The notes beneath the pieces were generated by a model that did not search any database, was not told the origin of the DNA, and saw nothing but the letters and a program-made list of their open reading frames with translations. Source: Holothuria leucospilota (lineage: Eukaryota). From it: a DNA stretch of 64,000 nucleotides. A program made the translations under genes and the position numbers. The DNA is taken from contig CM055977.1 of the NCBI GenBank assembly GCA_029531755.1, forward strand, positions 30,302,229 to 30,366,228, read 5' to 3'. Shown piece after piece: positions 38,267-51,774 of the stretch; the stretch's first letter is position 1; each line of letters opens with the position of its first letter.

Positions 38267-40518
38267 ATGTATGCAGGCTACATACAGACATAGCTTGAGA
38301 GGAAGGCCACCCCCGATTATGACGTGGGACGTTCACAAACCCAAAGTTTAACTTGTCTACATACGCGACAGCCTAGACTTTGAGAGGTCCGTGGTCCAAT
38401 CGCTCCCCCAGTCACGCCAGTGATACGGTGGTATCATTTTGATTAACCGCAACATCGATTGCCATGTATCTATAATAAGTAATTCAGGTCAACTTTGTTT
38501 TTCTTTTTCACCGAGGTACTACTATATAGCTCCATGATTTTGACCGATACCTTCCGATACCGATACTAAACACTGCGAAACGTTGTAAGAGTGGCCCTTG
38601 GTTCCACAACCCAGTCAATATCGGGTTTACGGGAGCCTGCGTAGCTGGCAGCTGCCCTCTCGGAGTACATCCGATGAAGGTGCCTCCTCTCAACTGAAAC
38701 TCGATGTTGATGCTAACTAGGCTCTGATAGACAACTTAGCTAAGTCGATTGTTAAACTTTGTCTATAGTGAGTGGCCACTCCAGTCAAGAAAAACGATAA
38801 CGGAGGGGGCAGAGAAGGGCCGGATTCCCTTCCACAAAGAATATCTCATTGAGGGGCTCCAAGATTTCTCCAAATTGTGTTGGGGAGGACATGATCTTGA
38901 ACAGAACTAATGCATGGACGATGCCGTAGCGGTGGGTTCCTGGGCCCGCCCAGGGTATTTGGGAAATTGTGGATTCCAGATGTGGTGTAATCTGAGAAAT
39001 TGTCCCACCATTTAAACACATTTTAGCCCATGCATATGAAAGACTAGGCATATGATATGCCACACATTTTAACAAGCCTGTAGCCTTCCTCCCCCTCCCC
39101 CGAAAAATGTTTCCCCCAAAATTACCATTGCGTCAATGCATTTTAGTATATCTAGCCCCTGAAAAAATATTTCGCCCCCTGGAAGCTTTCTTGCCCCCTT
39201 CACTACCTCGTCTGGCCACGAGAACTGGATATTAATAAGGTTTTGGAAAAAGTGGAGGCATGGTCTAAAGCAATATCTCCCACCACTTTGATAGGTGTCT
39301 GTCAACGCCCATGGGAGCCGTGAAGAAAGACGCAAGAACAATTCCATAAGACTGCTATTATGGGGGGGGGGGGGTATTCTCCAAGTAGATTCGACAGACT
39401 AGAAGTTACAACAGCAGAAGATAAATTGAGAAGTAATTATGGTATCTTAGCTGTATATCCATGATCCATCATTGAGATAACCTTCTGTCACTCATTCTTT
39501 ACAGACTAAGAGAGATATCCACGAAATCACGTAGCATGTAGGCGAAATGAAACTTAGTGGAACAGGCACGTTATTGACTGAAATTGATACCAGAGCCTGT
39601 GAATCAACATCAAAGGCACCATTCTCAATTAAACTTACCAAAGTCGAAATTAGTTACCGACCCGTAGTGATCAAACGTAGCATCATGCAACTTGTTGTCG
39701 GAGTGACAAACCATGCCATTTAATAGACGAGTTGGGAAATGTTTCTACGCAATGCACTATGGTAATGGGTCAAAGGTGAAGTGTACCACGCTTACAGTGT
39801 CCCAGCCCGGGTGTTGCATGCTGAGCACGCAGAGCCAAACACGTTGCCGTTGTCATGGTACACTTGACCTTGTGACCCAACCGGAAGTACCGAATTTCCC
39901 AACTCGTCTATCCTCCTCGTATAGGATCAGGGAGCTGGGAGACTGTTTTCCAGCTACCTGGTAGGATGAACAGGATAACAATATTTCTTACCTGGAGAGG
40001 TAAGTGAAATTGTAATCATTTCTCGTAATTATGAGGAAAATAGGCTTTGTAGTGATTCCAGTGTACCTTCAAGGGTATTCTTACCTTCTTTACTTGGCGA
40101 CCTTCGTGTAATTGTATCAAATAATATCGAACAATCACCGTGTCATCGTTGCAGAAATTCATGAGTCTAACATCTTGTAATGTAGTCGCACAACAACTGT
40201 CCGAGGTGACTCCATCATCTTTCTGGGAGCACTAAAGAGCAGGCCTGTAGCCAGCTGACATGGTATTGAAGGGGATGAGATAAGAGTCCAGGGGCGAAAA
40301 AATGCATCAAGGTAATAGAAACGTTTGTTTTTTTCTAGGGGCCCCTAGCGCCCCCACACACCCCATGGCCACGGTCGACCCGGGGCCTGCTAAGATATGC
40401 TGTTCAGTCACATATATCATGAAAATATTCTAGTTTGTCAGTGAAGAATATTGAACAGTCGGCAGGCCCTTTCTCATAATTTTTTAAAGGGTAAATGCGG
40501 TCACCTCAATTAAGTAAG

Positions 40519-40607
40519 AGTGAGTGAGTGAGTGAGTGAGTGAGTGAGTGAGTGAGTGAGTGAGTGAGTGAGTGAGTGAGTGAGTGAGTGAGTGAGTAAG
40601 TACAACT
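40519..40607. repeat. (GAGT)n microsatellite, ~21 units
   Basis: Direct reading. Confidence 0.95.
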
Positions 40608-43600
40608 TTATTACTCCATAAAAAGGAAATTCAGGTACTCGCACCAACAGCAGTAAACAAAGTAACAAACAAAATCAACTTAAAAAGAAATAATAATAAA
40701 AATGTTTGTATATACAAATAATACAGTAAACTGTAAAAGTATTGAAATAAACGAAGTAAATTATCATTAAAAAGCGTCATCGCACATGGGACGAATGAAT
40801 TGAGGTACCTATTAGTTTTGAAACATGGAAGTCTCAGCCTACCAATGCCTCGCTTTATTCGTTTCTCATGAAACACATCATACAGAGGGTGGCTAGAATC
40901 ATCCCGTACAGAGTCTAGTTTGGACTGTAAGAGGCACTGGTAGATGGATTTGACAGTTGGCTGAGGCTCCCCAATTACTTTTCCTGCTTTTTTTTTATAA
41001 TGCTTCTAATGCGACTCAATTCCACTTTAGTGACACTACCACCCCAACAGATCAAACAGTACCTCCACACTCCACTAAATGTACAATTATAAAATATACC
41101 TAAAATCTCAGAACTAACATTAAAATTTGACAATTAGGAAGATAATATAATCTGGAGTTTAACTTTTTAACCAACACGTCCACATGATCTCCCCATGTCA
41201 ATTTGTCGTTAGAATTAGTGTACCCGATAACTTAATTCATGAGTGGCTCTTTTTATTAATCATTTGACAATATTTTTGTGACAGAATTGGTAAATTCATG
41301 GAGAATAACTCGTTTCACCTGTTGTTTGTAATACTATATTCCAAAACATCTTCAGAGGTACGTACGTATTGGGCAAATAAGAGGAGATCTGCAAAAGTTT
41401 CCTATAACTTTTCAGAAAATATTTGCATTGACTGCTTATTCCCTTTAATTGCCAGGAACCATTAATTTTTCTCATTTTGACCCATTTTGGCACTTTTAGT
41501 TGTACTATCACACTTCGTCAAGTTAACTGCATACAGTCAAGATAACCATTATTTGTCGGGTAACATAAAATGCTCGGGCGCCCTCTGTTAGACACGATTT
41601 CTCTGATCTGAAAACATTGGAGAGTATGTCGGTTACCACGTCTGTTTAGTCAGTTTGCTCGTGGAGGGCAGGATAAGGGAAAAGAAATCCTCTTACATAA
41701 GCCAAAACTCCTGTTTGTCTAATAAGTAGTATTTCCAGATTGTGATTGTAGATATTACTTTTTCCTTTTTCCCCAGTCCCTTCCGTCATGACATCAGATC
41801 TGAGGTATTGCGCACTCCTCTTTACAGACGTATTTGTAATTACGCCACACAAGTTCAGAGCGGTCAGAAAAGGAAAGATTAGGGGCTACTAGCCCTCCCC
41901 CTCCCCTTCCCACAAGCTTTTCTTCCGAAATTATTATAAGCTGTGCCTATAAGAACGGCAAAGAGCTACATAAATGCCAAAATTCGGGAGATAATAGGCC
42001 TACTTCTCAGCCCTCCACCGCGAGTGACCACTACAGAAACCTTCAACAATCCTGAAGTTTGCACTATGCATATTGCACCCGTTACAACCCTTAGACATAC
42101 TTGTTTGTCATTTTTGCACGTTATAACAATGTGGAACGTGAAAGAAACCATAAAATGAATACGAATACACTCGTACTTGACTGGCAATAAGCGGCTGTTG
42201 CATGTGTGACTCGGATGAACATTAATGTTGAAATTGTACCATTCTAAAGTGTAGGATAAAAAAACGGGTCGACCAGGTCATGGTCAAGGCTTCCGCAAAA
42301 GCCAAGCTCCCTGGGAGGTGTAATAACACTTTTTTTTCATTTTATAACCATCATCAATACAATCCTTCACACATCGTGTTATCAAATAGTATTCAAGGCA
42401 GGCCTGTAAGATCCATGTTGGAATTGTTTTATTACCGCACATGAAATGTGTTGTGTGAATTTGGAACAATATAGTGTAACTCTATAAAGTGGATAAAATT
42501 TCATTGAATACATACTTTTTCATAGCCCTGCATTCCTATTGGTATAGAGCCCAACCCACCCTAAATCCACCATGTCATTCACTTCCTCCTTCCTTTAAAT
42601 ATTTTCCATTTTCATAAAAATCTACAATTGTTCCAATTCTCACAACGAAGTCTTATGTTAAGCAACTCATCCAATAGCATTGGCCTTTTTTTTTGCACCA
42701 CCCACAGTGCAGTTTTATTGCCCCCCCCTCTTGCTGCTAAGATGGGGTTACTCCCCAGGTCAATACCCTTCCCCCACTAAGGTACAAATGAAAACTGCTT
42801 GCCCAACTGACGCCCTCCTTCCCCACATTTGAAATTCTGGTGGCACCACTGTCCACAATCTTTCCCAATTAAACAGCACTTCTGTACTTTGAGAGTATGG
42901 ATGCACTGCATTTTGACTCTATTGAACCATGCACGTAGGCAACACAAGTTGCATGGGGTTGGCATAGTATGAATTACCCAATCTCAATTTTTTGGGATGT
43001 TTATGTGAATTTGTGTTGTGTGATAATCATCTGTCTAAATGTACAACATAAACAAACCTTCAAGCCTGTTTCAAGTTGACCAACACAATTGAAACTGATT
43101 TTTCAATGTTTTGGGAAACTAATTTTCAGTCTTAGCAATTTTTTTCTGACAAAGTACTATGACCAGATGACTGTAAACTGTGCAAGTTGCATTTACTATA
43201 CTACCAGTACTTGTGCTGTTACAGCTGCCGTCAACACTCACTGGCACTACTGCTGCCACCACTACTTCTTGTATGCAAAGAGCAGTGGCTAGCCTATAAC
43301 ATTCACTTAAAAGGCAACTACCAAGAAATTTACAGAAGTTAAACAGAACAACGATCAAAAAATTTCCTTTACCGGGTATGATTTGTAACTGGTAATTTGA
43401 TGAAGGCTGTGCAAAATAAAAATCCCCGCTTGCATATGACAGATTTTCAACTTCTCATCACTATTTAGGAAATAGTATTTGCTTGGGACAGGTTTCAAAA
43501 CAGTTGCTAATACTCTATCAAACCAGAACTATTTTATACCGATTCTCTATCACAACATCATTTAATCAAAAAGCTCTAAGCAAAAGTTTTAACATTTTAA

Positions 43601-45483
43601 TGTTTTAACTCAACTGTCTGCAGCATGAAAACCTTCACTCAAGGAGTAAAAAATTGTAAAATGTACAGAGCAAATTTCAAAGGAAACAAATTCACACATC
43701 ATACACAGAGACGGTTTCATTTTGGAAGGCAAACAAATGTATTTTTTATTGTACTTTAAGAAAGGTTTAAGTTACATAAAATGTAAATGGACTGTACACT
43801 TTTTACATCTCTTATCTTTCCAAAAATATCATTACTTGCAAGAGATGTCTTGACCAGTTTTTCTTTTCAGCAACTCATTCTAAAATTAATTTCAAAATAA
43901 ACACGGAAAAATTCAGTGAAACATTTAAGGCATGCATTTACATCCATTTGAAACAAATTTTTCTAAAGAAACTCAAAATTTTTGATCTGACCATCTGAAA
44001 GTAGCCACCGATATACTGTAAATGCTCTAAACATAATGGAAACCTTATAGACCCAAATCTCAATATTGGTGGCAACTCCTCGTAACATGAGGAGAGGAAA
44101 GGGGGGGGGGGGGTGATTGACACAGGACACTGACACCCCATTTTAAAACAGTTGCAACTTGCTAGCAGTATAATCCATCCAGGGCACTTTATTACAGTGC
44201 ACTGCAAACAAAAGTAACACTACAACTTTGGTACTAGAAATAAGGCATGTTTAATTGTTCTTCTTTGTCACTAATACATCAATCTATTCTCTGACCCCCC
44301 TCACCAAAAAGTGAGAGCAAATGTACACCTCCATACTCCTGGATTAATGCTTGTTGTGTTACTGTGTTTCATCCCCTCTCACTCACCATGCCTTTTCTAC
44401 CTGACTTTGTATAAAATTGTTTAATTCTTACACCTAAATCTGAAAAATTTTGACATAATTTTCCAAAGCAGGCACAAACCTTACAGGCTGTAACTTACCC
44501 TAACACACGGACTCTGTTTGCTCAGTCCCTCTTCAAGACTTCCCAATTACTGTCCTTCCAAGTGAAGAGGACTGCGTCCAAGTTTGGATGCAAACCTAAT
44601 TACCATAATATGACTTAGTCATGTATGATATACTTTCTCATAATTCATGCTATTGTTTTAATTGAGTGAGTGTTTGCACTCATGTAGTTTTAAAACAGAG
44701 CCTAGACTGAAACCTGATAAGTCTGATCATTACTATGTTGCATAACCACCTGTGCAGTGGGTAATACCAGGGAGTGGGTACTACAATGACATACCAACAC
44801 TGTGGGTGGCATAGGCTACTGCATGATTTAAACAGGACCAGATGCCAGATGTTGCAATGTTTTGAACATTCACAAACAATCAACCAGTCTAAGGGTCACA
44901 TATTTCTATGAATATCCAAAGAATTTGTTCCGTATTCACTTGGGCAGGCGTTTGGGATGTGACTGAACAGCCTGCTACATAGGCAACCACCGAAGTAGCT
45001 ATCTGTACCCTGACTCCTCATACAAATGAATAGTTTTGGAGTAATATCACTTATAACTAATGTAACAGATATTTGATATTTCAATATTCAATGTCAGCTG
45101 ATACCAATATATTTTTAAATGAGTGTGCATTTCAAGCCATGTCCAAAACATCCTAACCGTGCTGCCAAAGTACATGAAAAAATCTTTCAAATCAGTTTTT
45201 CCATGTTAATGGAAATATACCTACAGAGGATGAAGTCCTGCCAGCTAGCCCAGGCCAAAAGTGGCAGCACCTGTGGTGCCCAACTAGCATTTGGTAACAA
45301 TTAAATGACAAACTGGCACAAAACTTGACTTTTCATTGATAATAAAAGCTAATGGTAAACCACACAACTTTGTATGATCTACCTCAACTCGGCTGTCATG
45401 ACCTAGTTTCCTACAGTTGGCGCAACTTTCATTTATATGATTGACAATGCACACTACACAACTGGCTGGCCCATTTTGAGGGT

Positions 45484-45921
45484 GTTGCACTTAGGGCTGT
45501 GACCGTTTCGCGATTAATCGCTAAACGATCGCATGTGTAATAAACGTTTAGTACAAAGCTACCAGCGATTAATCGCAAAACCCGTTTTTCCGTACGAAAT
45601 AAAAAAACAATCTGCAGTCATTACAGAAAATTAGCTGTTCACTTTAACTCTTTTTGAAAAAGTGAAATACATAATTATACAATTGGCACACACGTAAACA
45701 TACGACATCAAAGTTGAGCTTCGAAGAGGATCCGTGTTTGAGGTTCATGGAAACTATGTCCCCTGGATGTCACTAATGCATTTTACATATTCATCATGTT
45801 CAAGAGCACATTTAAAGTCTCTATGTTGATCATAGGTACTTGCGATTAATCGCTAAACGATCACAAAATTTTGCGATTAAACGTTTAGTAATTTTGCTAA
45901 ATGTTCACAGCCCTAGTTGCA
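45484..45921. mobile_element. 438-bp MITE with a ~20-bp TIR (GTTGCACTTAGGGCTGTGA) and four internal GCGATTAATCGC-type palindromes, ~700 bp 3' of BUB3
   Basis: The left end is GTTGCACTTAGGGCTGTGACC. The right end, TCACAGCCCTAGTTGCAC, is its reverse complement. Repeated internal blocks read CGATTAATCGCTAAACGATC. Confidence 0.75.
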
Positions 45922-46453
45922 CTATAGTTTTCGACACCCCTCTTTTGGCTTTGTGCAGGACTGCTGGAAGGTGATTGGTCAATTTCTTCAGCCTTAAAGA
46001 CTGTCACAGACTCCAGTCAGGAAAGCCAACCTGTTTGTTTTTCCAGACTGAAAACAATATAACTTAAAAGTAGTCTTAAAACTGCCAGTCGCAGTCATAG
46101 ACCCATACACACTACAAGACTATTGGCAATGCAGCAGTCCAGTTGAGTTGCATCACACAAAGTTGTGTAATGTGCAGCTACCTAAAAAGGACAGTACCAT
46201 AATTGTTATTTATTCTAAATCTTTTATGAAATAAACTTTTAAATAAGATAATGCTTGCATAAGCTGCCACTAAATTTTGTCTTTCTTCAACTTTGACAAT
46301 AAAAACACAAAGCAGCTACGATCACAGAGTTTGAAGAACGTTAGGGAGAATAGATAGGCTTATACTTTAGTCCCAGCTATCCCTTGAGATTGTGCCGTCA
46401 ACAACCATCAAGTTTACGGTGCTAATACTTTTCTTTCCACTTTAAAAAAATCT

Positions 46454-46459
46454 TTATTC
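46454..46459 (-). terminator. candidate polyadenylation signal AATAAA about 180 nt downstream of the BUB3 stop (a second candidate lies at 46209-46214)
   Basis: TTTATT on the plus strand equals AATAAA on the minus strand, in AT-rich sequence 3' of the stop codon. No transcript data are available to choose between the two sites. Confidence 0.35.
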
Positions 46460-46636
46460 ACACTAGTTTCGTGGAACAGAAACTGAAAATTGTTTCAATC
46501 TTCTCAGAAGCAGCAGTGTAAAATCTCACCAAACGAATCCAATTCCAATTGTTACTTGAGTTGTAACAACACATACAAATAATATTGTTTTGTTTTCTCA
46601 CAATTCATTCAAGTATGCTTAATTCAAATCTCTTCC

Positions 46637-46763
46637 TCAATTTTTAGGTTTCGTCTCTTGGTCAGAAACATTGCGGATGAAGATGGCATCTTCAGGGTGT
46701 TCTGCATCTGCTCCCTGTTCGTACATGTAGGATGATGCGATAGCTAGAGTAGAACCGTCATTA
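46637..46763 (-). CDS. BUB3: BUB3 terminal coding exon (acceptor ctttacag|T; stop TGA at 46639-46637)
   Basis: AG|T completes a Ser codon. The exon then encodes NDGSTLAIASSYMYEQGADAEHPEDAIFIRNVSDQETKPKN*. The vertebrate counterpart is SNDGTTLAIASSYMYE..DTEHPEDGIFIRQVTDAETKPK. Total conceptual protein is 327 aa versus 328 aa in human. Confidence 0.88.
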
Positions 46764-48776
46764 CTGTAAAGAAGAAAGTAAGCACACAATTAAGAATGCT
46801 ACAACTACAATGGAACGGAGGTTCTTTGGCACCATAACGTTGCTGCACGTTTCTCTATTTGACATTGGAACTGTAACGCATTCCCTGTATTGCACTTGTG
46901 TCCTAAAACCTACTGTATATGCACATCACTTACACACCTTCAATGAATGGCACATAACCATCAACATGTCAATAAGATACTGATGATGAGTTAAAAATCC
47001 TCTGTACAAAATAGTGGTCAGCTCCTAGATCTAAATGCACTTCTGCTGTCTGTATTAGCTTTATCAGCCATGGTACCCCTTTGATCAGATAATCTTAATT
47101 TGTTTCCACTAGAATTAAGATGATTTCAAATATCTAAGCTGCCCTGAGACTTCACTTGGGATGCACCTGATATTAGGTCTAGCTGGAGTATACAGCAAGA
47201 CATGAGGAAAACCTGGCCAGATATGTGCAAGAACCTGGCCAGATATTTTTCAAATTCTTATCAGAATTACCATATGAGCAGAGAGTAGCAGTCCATAAAT
47301 TTATGTGACAACCCTCCCACTTTTTTTAATCTGTATAGCTTACAAAAGTCCAAGGTAATACTGTACTTTAGGTATGCAATATTCATTTCACTTCATATGA
47401 AAATTCACTGGGGTCATGCAATGAGACATCTTCAATATCACAGATGTTAGAATAGCTTTGAAGTTCATCAAAAATGACTGAGACTGACAATAAAGACAAT
47501 TTCAAATTTAGCATATCCACAGATATCCCACCCCAAACACTTATCATAATGTATTAACATCTTTAGACCTTAAATATGTTGTGTAAACCATGTGCCACAT
47601 CCCTGTATTTACTACTGTACCCAGCCCTCGAAAATAGCCTCGGCATTCGGCAATGCTGAGGTAAATGCCGAGACAAATTGACTTGACTTCGGCAAAAATT
47701 TTGCCGAGGCGATAGATTGCAGGACACGTACGGGGACTTACCGGTTACGAAAGCTGCACACTAGGCCTACACGGCTCGAAACGAAGCTTCGAGTAGCGAC
47801 TTGAAAAGAAATCGTTTTAGGATAAAATTTCCACCATGATCGAAACTTGAGCAAATGTATTCAGTATGACTGCTTTATATACAAAACATAGTTGCAATTT
47901 TTCAAGTTTTAACGGAAAATCCTGATTTAAAAAGTTCGTTACGATCGGTATTTACTGTACGTACGAAACTCACTGTCTGCTCTCAAAAGAGTAATTACTG
48001 TACACACATGAATATGACACAGCCACGGACTTCAATACATGGACAGAGGATTGCGCAATCAATACTGTCGCCACCGTTCGAACAAATTTAGGCTAACCAA
48101 GATGCCGGGCCGCCGGGTTGCCACCATTTGCCCAATTTGACGATGAATCTGCAACATTTCAGACAAAATATCAGTATGAATGGAAGAACAATATCACAGT
48201 CCTTCATTCTATTTGATGAATTTGACCTGAGCTTGCATTCTTTTGAAAATATTACAAGTTTTTCACGCAATTTGTCGATACTGAGCCACTTGAGCAAGTC
48301 CAAACTTTTACACACAAGACTATAGCAGGCAGCCATATTGGTAAGCCTACTCGTGTACGTACACGGTGGCGACAATTTACGCATAGGACGTTAGTGCAAT
48401 ATGCTCTGTCCATGTATATAAGAAGTCCGTGGACACAGCAGAGTGCGACCTTTAGATTTCAGAACCAGCCGTTTTGTCTTTTTTAATGTGTAATAAAGTG
48501 GGAAAAATTCCCAAAGTGGCTGTATTGGTTTTATCAATGGAATTCCGGAGCTTAAACAAACAAATTACGTCAACCTACTGTAAAAGAAGTTTGTAAACAA
48601 GTAGATAGGCCAAACTTTCGTTAACTTGCCATGCACATGGCTGCATGACTTTTACTGCCGTTTGCATCGGACAGTTACCTAATGCCGAGGTAAAGTGTAT
48701 TTTTGCCGAAGTAAATCCTTTTTACTTCAGCACTTTTTTTGCCATAGCCAATATCTTATTTGGAAGGGCTGTGTAC

Positions 48777-48949
48777 CTGAATGCCAGAGAACTTATACTA
48801 CTGGGATATCGATGGAACTGGCACAATCTCTTCTTGTTAAAGCCATCCCAAATGTTCACATAGCCATCAGAGCCACCTGTTGCAAACGTGTTATGTACGT
48901 TGTGGAATGCGATGCTAAGAACAGGGTAGATATTCTCCTCTCCATTGAC
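48777..48949 (-). CDS. BUB3: BUB3 coding exon 5 (173 nt; acceptor tttaag|GTC; ends in phase 2 with TTC AG|gtacac)
   Basis: Encodes [57 protein letters not shown] plus AG. The vertebrate counterpart is [51 protein letters not shown]. Confidence 0.9.
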
Positions 48950-50145
48950 CTTAAATAAAAAAAAAAATAGTAAGAGACAATGTAACATTTGCAAGTATTT
49001 AAGGGAAAGATGTATTGTTTATTACTTTCAACACAAAGAGATGATTCCTCCTCATGTACAGGTGAGATGGGGAGGGGGGGGGGGGGAGGTGCATGGGGTC
49101 AAGGAAAATCTTTTTCGACTGGAAAGTAGAACAGGAATGGGCAATTACAGTGTGCTAAGCCAAAGCTGCCCAAAATAAGTCAAGAAGAAGAAAACTGAGA
49201 ACAAAATTACAAAACAGTTTCCTGTAGAGGAGGTGGGTGGGGCATTTGCTTTCAATTTGATTCAACTCAAGAAAAAGCAGATTATTATGACTGCAAAAAG
49301 AGCAAAAGAGAGCATGACGGAAGTTAAGGTTTTGGTACTTTTGACATAACTCCTTACAGCTTACTAGCTGTGACAGCTCAAATAGGGCAAACTTTTTTTT
49401 GTCTTTTTCTTGTCTGTCACAGCACCTGGAGGTGCAGAATGACAATCATTAAAATCATCACTTACCCACCTTTCATGGCTTGATGATACCTTTAACCTTA
49501 AACAAAGCAGTACCACCAAACAAACACAGATGGCCTTAAATTTATGCAGGTCTCACTGATGTCATTTTCCAGATTTTATGTAACCAAAGCAATGATCACG
49601 TTAAAGGTGCTCGTAACTTCAAATTATACACAAAGGCTGTCACCACAAAATGTAAAGACTATGCTCAATGGAAAGATGGTACCAATGGGACTTAGCGGGA
49701 AGCTTTAATTGGGTTGGTAGACAATCAAGAATCTGTAACTAAACACTTTGATAATTTAAACAGAGAACAACACATCAGCACGAATACCATAATGGTATTT
49801 ATTGATTCCACATTCAATGAAGTTCTATCTTCTGACTGACATGTTTGGAAATTACAGTAAGAAATTAAACTGCCATCTAACTAACTAAGCAGCTACAATT
49901 TGTAATTTGATCAGGTTAACACGACCAGCTGAAGATAATTAAAGTCATCCTTTTCAATCAAGGTAACATCTTAATGGTATCTCACCTGCCAAACTCTAGC
50001 TCTTAAAAACACATCCCATATGGATAAAGCTTCCTCTAAAATCTGACATTTGTGAATGTACCCTCCTAAACCCATCCCCAAAACACAAAAATACTCTGGA
50101 GAATTGCTCGCATTTAGAATGTGACATTTAAAAGCACTTCCTCAC

Positions 50146-50409
50146 CTTCAGCCTATGACATTTAAAAGCATATTTTTTCTTCTGGACTTCCGGGCTTGGA
50201 TCCAGGTATTCAACAGCCACTCTACCCTCGATACTGCTGAGGACATAGCCCTGTTTGTTTGGGAAGCATCTGATACAACGTGTTTGGTATTTAAGGCTCG
50301 ACTCCCTCCTCTGTTGTACGTAGCCCATGTTCCTCAGATCCCACACTAGGACCTTTCTGTTGGCTGTTCCGACCACTAGACGGTCCCCACAAAGGGCGAG
50401 TGTGTAAAC
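50146..50409 (-). CDS. BUB3: BUB3 coding exon 4 (264 nt, 88 codons, phase 0/0; acceptor tttatcag|GTT; donor AAG|gtgagg)
   Basis: Encodes [88 protein letters not shown]. From [10 protein letters not shown] to KCHRLK this is essentially identical to human BUB3. Confidence 0.93.
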
Positions 50410-51472
50410 CTGATAAATGATTACAAAATTTTGAATTTTTATAGAAAATAAATAATAGCACACTTACAAAAGAGACTTCTAAAATGGGAAAACTTTTGAG
50501 GATCACTTTAGGCACAGTGAAAGGTACACACTAAAATTATTCAGTGCTGAAAGGGTTTAGTCACAAAACTGTACCAAAGATATCCTATATATTAAGTTTG
50601 TTAACGATGTACACCTGACTTATATTCAAATTTGTTTTAACTCCACACCAGTGTTACTCAACTTTTTTGATCCAAGTGACCACTTCCTACCAATGCTGGC
50701 AGTCTTGAGGCCCAGTCCTGGGAATTGTACCCTATGGACCCAGAACATAAGGTAAGGCTTCTTCCAGGCCAGCAACTGGAAGATACCTAGTAATGTCCCA
50801 AACATCCCCTGCAAAAAGGCATAATATTTTTCTCTTTGATACAAGAGAAATGTTTAGGAGTGTGTCACAAAGTATGCTTGCTGCATGATGTCAACTAAAA
50901 TGTGGTAAACACCCTGACTGTTGCAAGGGCAAACACAGTCCATAATTTTTTTTAACCCACATGCCCTTTTGCTAATTCAGTTATGGCTGTTTTTAATCAC
51001 ATGACCATATTTTTGCTCTCAACATGTTTAATACAAGCAAGACAATCACTTGCATTAGAGGTCATTTTTTTCTCATCATTTTCACTAGTATACAAAACAT
51101 ACTTCGTGTATGAACTCCCTCTGGCTCCCAAAGGACACTCTGAAAAATGTAAAAAATTATGATTTGAGCCCAAAACTCATCATTTATTATACTTTGAAAA
51201 ATTGTGCATGGATCTCCCCCCTCCACCCCAACCCCAAATGCATTTTGTATGCCTGAGAAAATGATTAAAAAATTGATGATCTCTTAGCTTTAATATGCAA
51301 AATCATGACAGACAGAAACAGCTCATATTTCAAGTAAGGTTGGAATGACTTCCTATACCCTTTAAGGCCTACATTATCAAAAATTTTGACACAAGCTACC
51401 ATCCATTTTACTAATTGATCACAGTACTGAAAAATGTTGCAAAATTCTAACAAAAATCACACACTTGGTTAC

Positions 51473-51624
51473 CTTATCTGGTTGAGAAAAGGAACCTGCA
51501 CAATGAGAAATCCGAGCATCCCAGAGTTTGACAGTCTGGTCCCAGCTGCCGGTCACCAAGACATTCACATCTGGACAAAACTCAACACACCTAATAGCAT
51601 GATCATGCTTACCCACCGTTTCCT
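51473..51624 (-). CDS. BUB3: BUB3 coding exon 3 (152 nt; acceptor ttttacag|AG; donor AAG|gtaacc)
   Basis: The split codon G|AG gives E. The exon then encodes ETVGKHDHAIRCVEFCPDVNVLVTGSWDQTVKLWDARISHCAGSFSQPDK. The vertebrate counterpart is LVGTHDAPIRCVEYCPEVNVMVTGSWDQTVKLWDPR...AGTFSQPEK. Confidence 0.9.
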
Positions 51625-51774
51625 CTGTAAAACAAATTAGTAAAAAAAAAGTTTAATTGGATAGGACCAAGCAAATTTATGAGACTGTTACTACCGTAAG
51701 CTGTTATGTAACCATATTTGATTGATAATAAAATCCTAACACCAGCCTGAACCAAGAGTACTAGGTAAACTTAA

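Noticed and set aside
48088-48958. Plus-strand and minus-strand ORFs (98, 87, 72, 65 aa) around BUB3 exon 5
   Set aside because: They overlap a well-supported BUB3 exon and intron on the other frame or strand and have no homology signal. The 48722-48994 ORF is simply the BUB3 exon 5 frame, extended into intron sequence on both sides.
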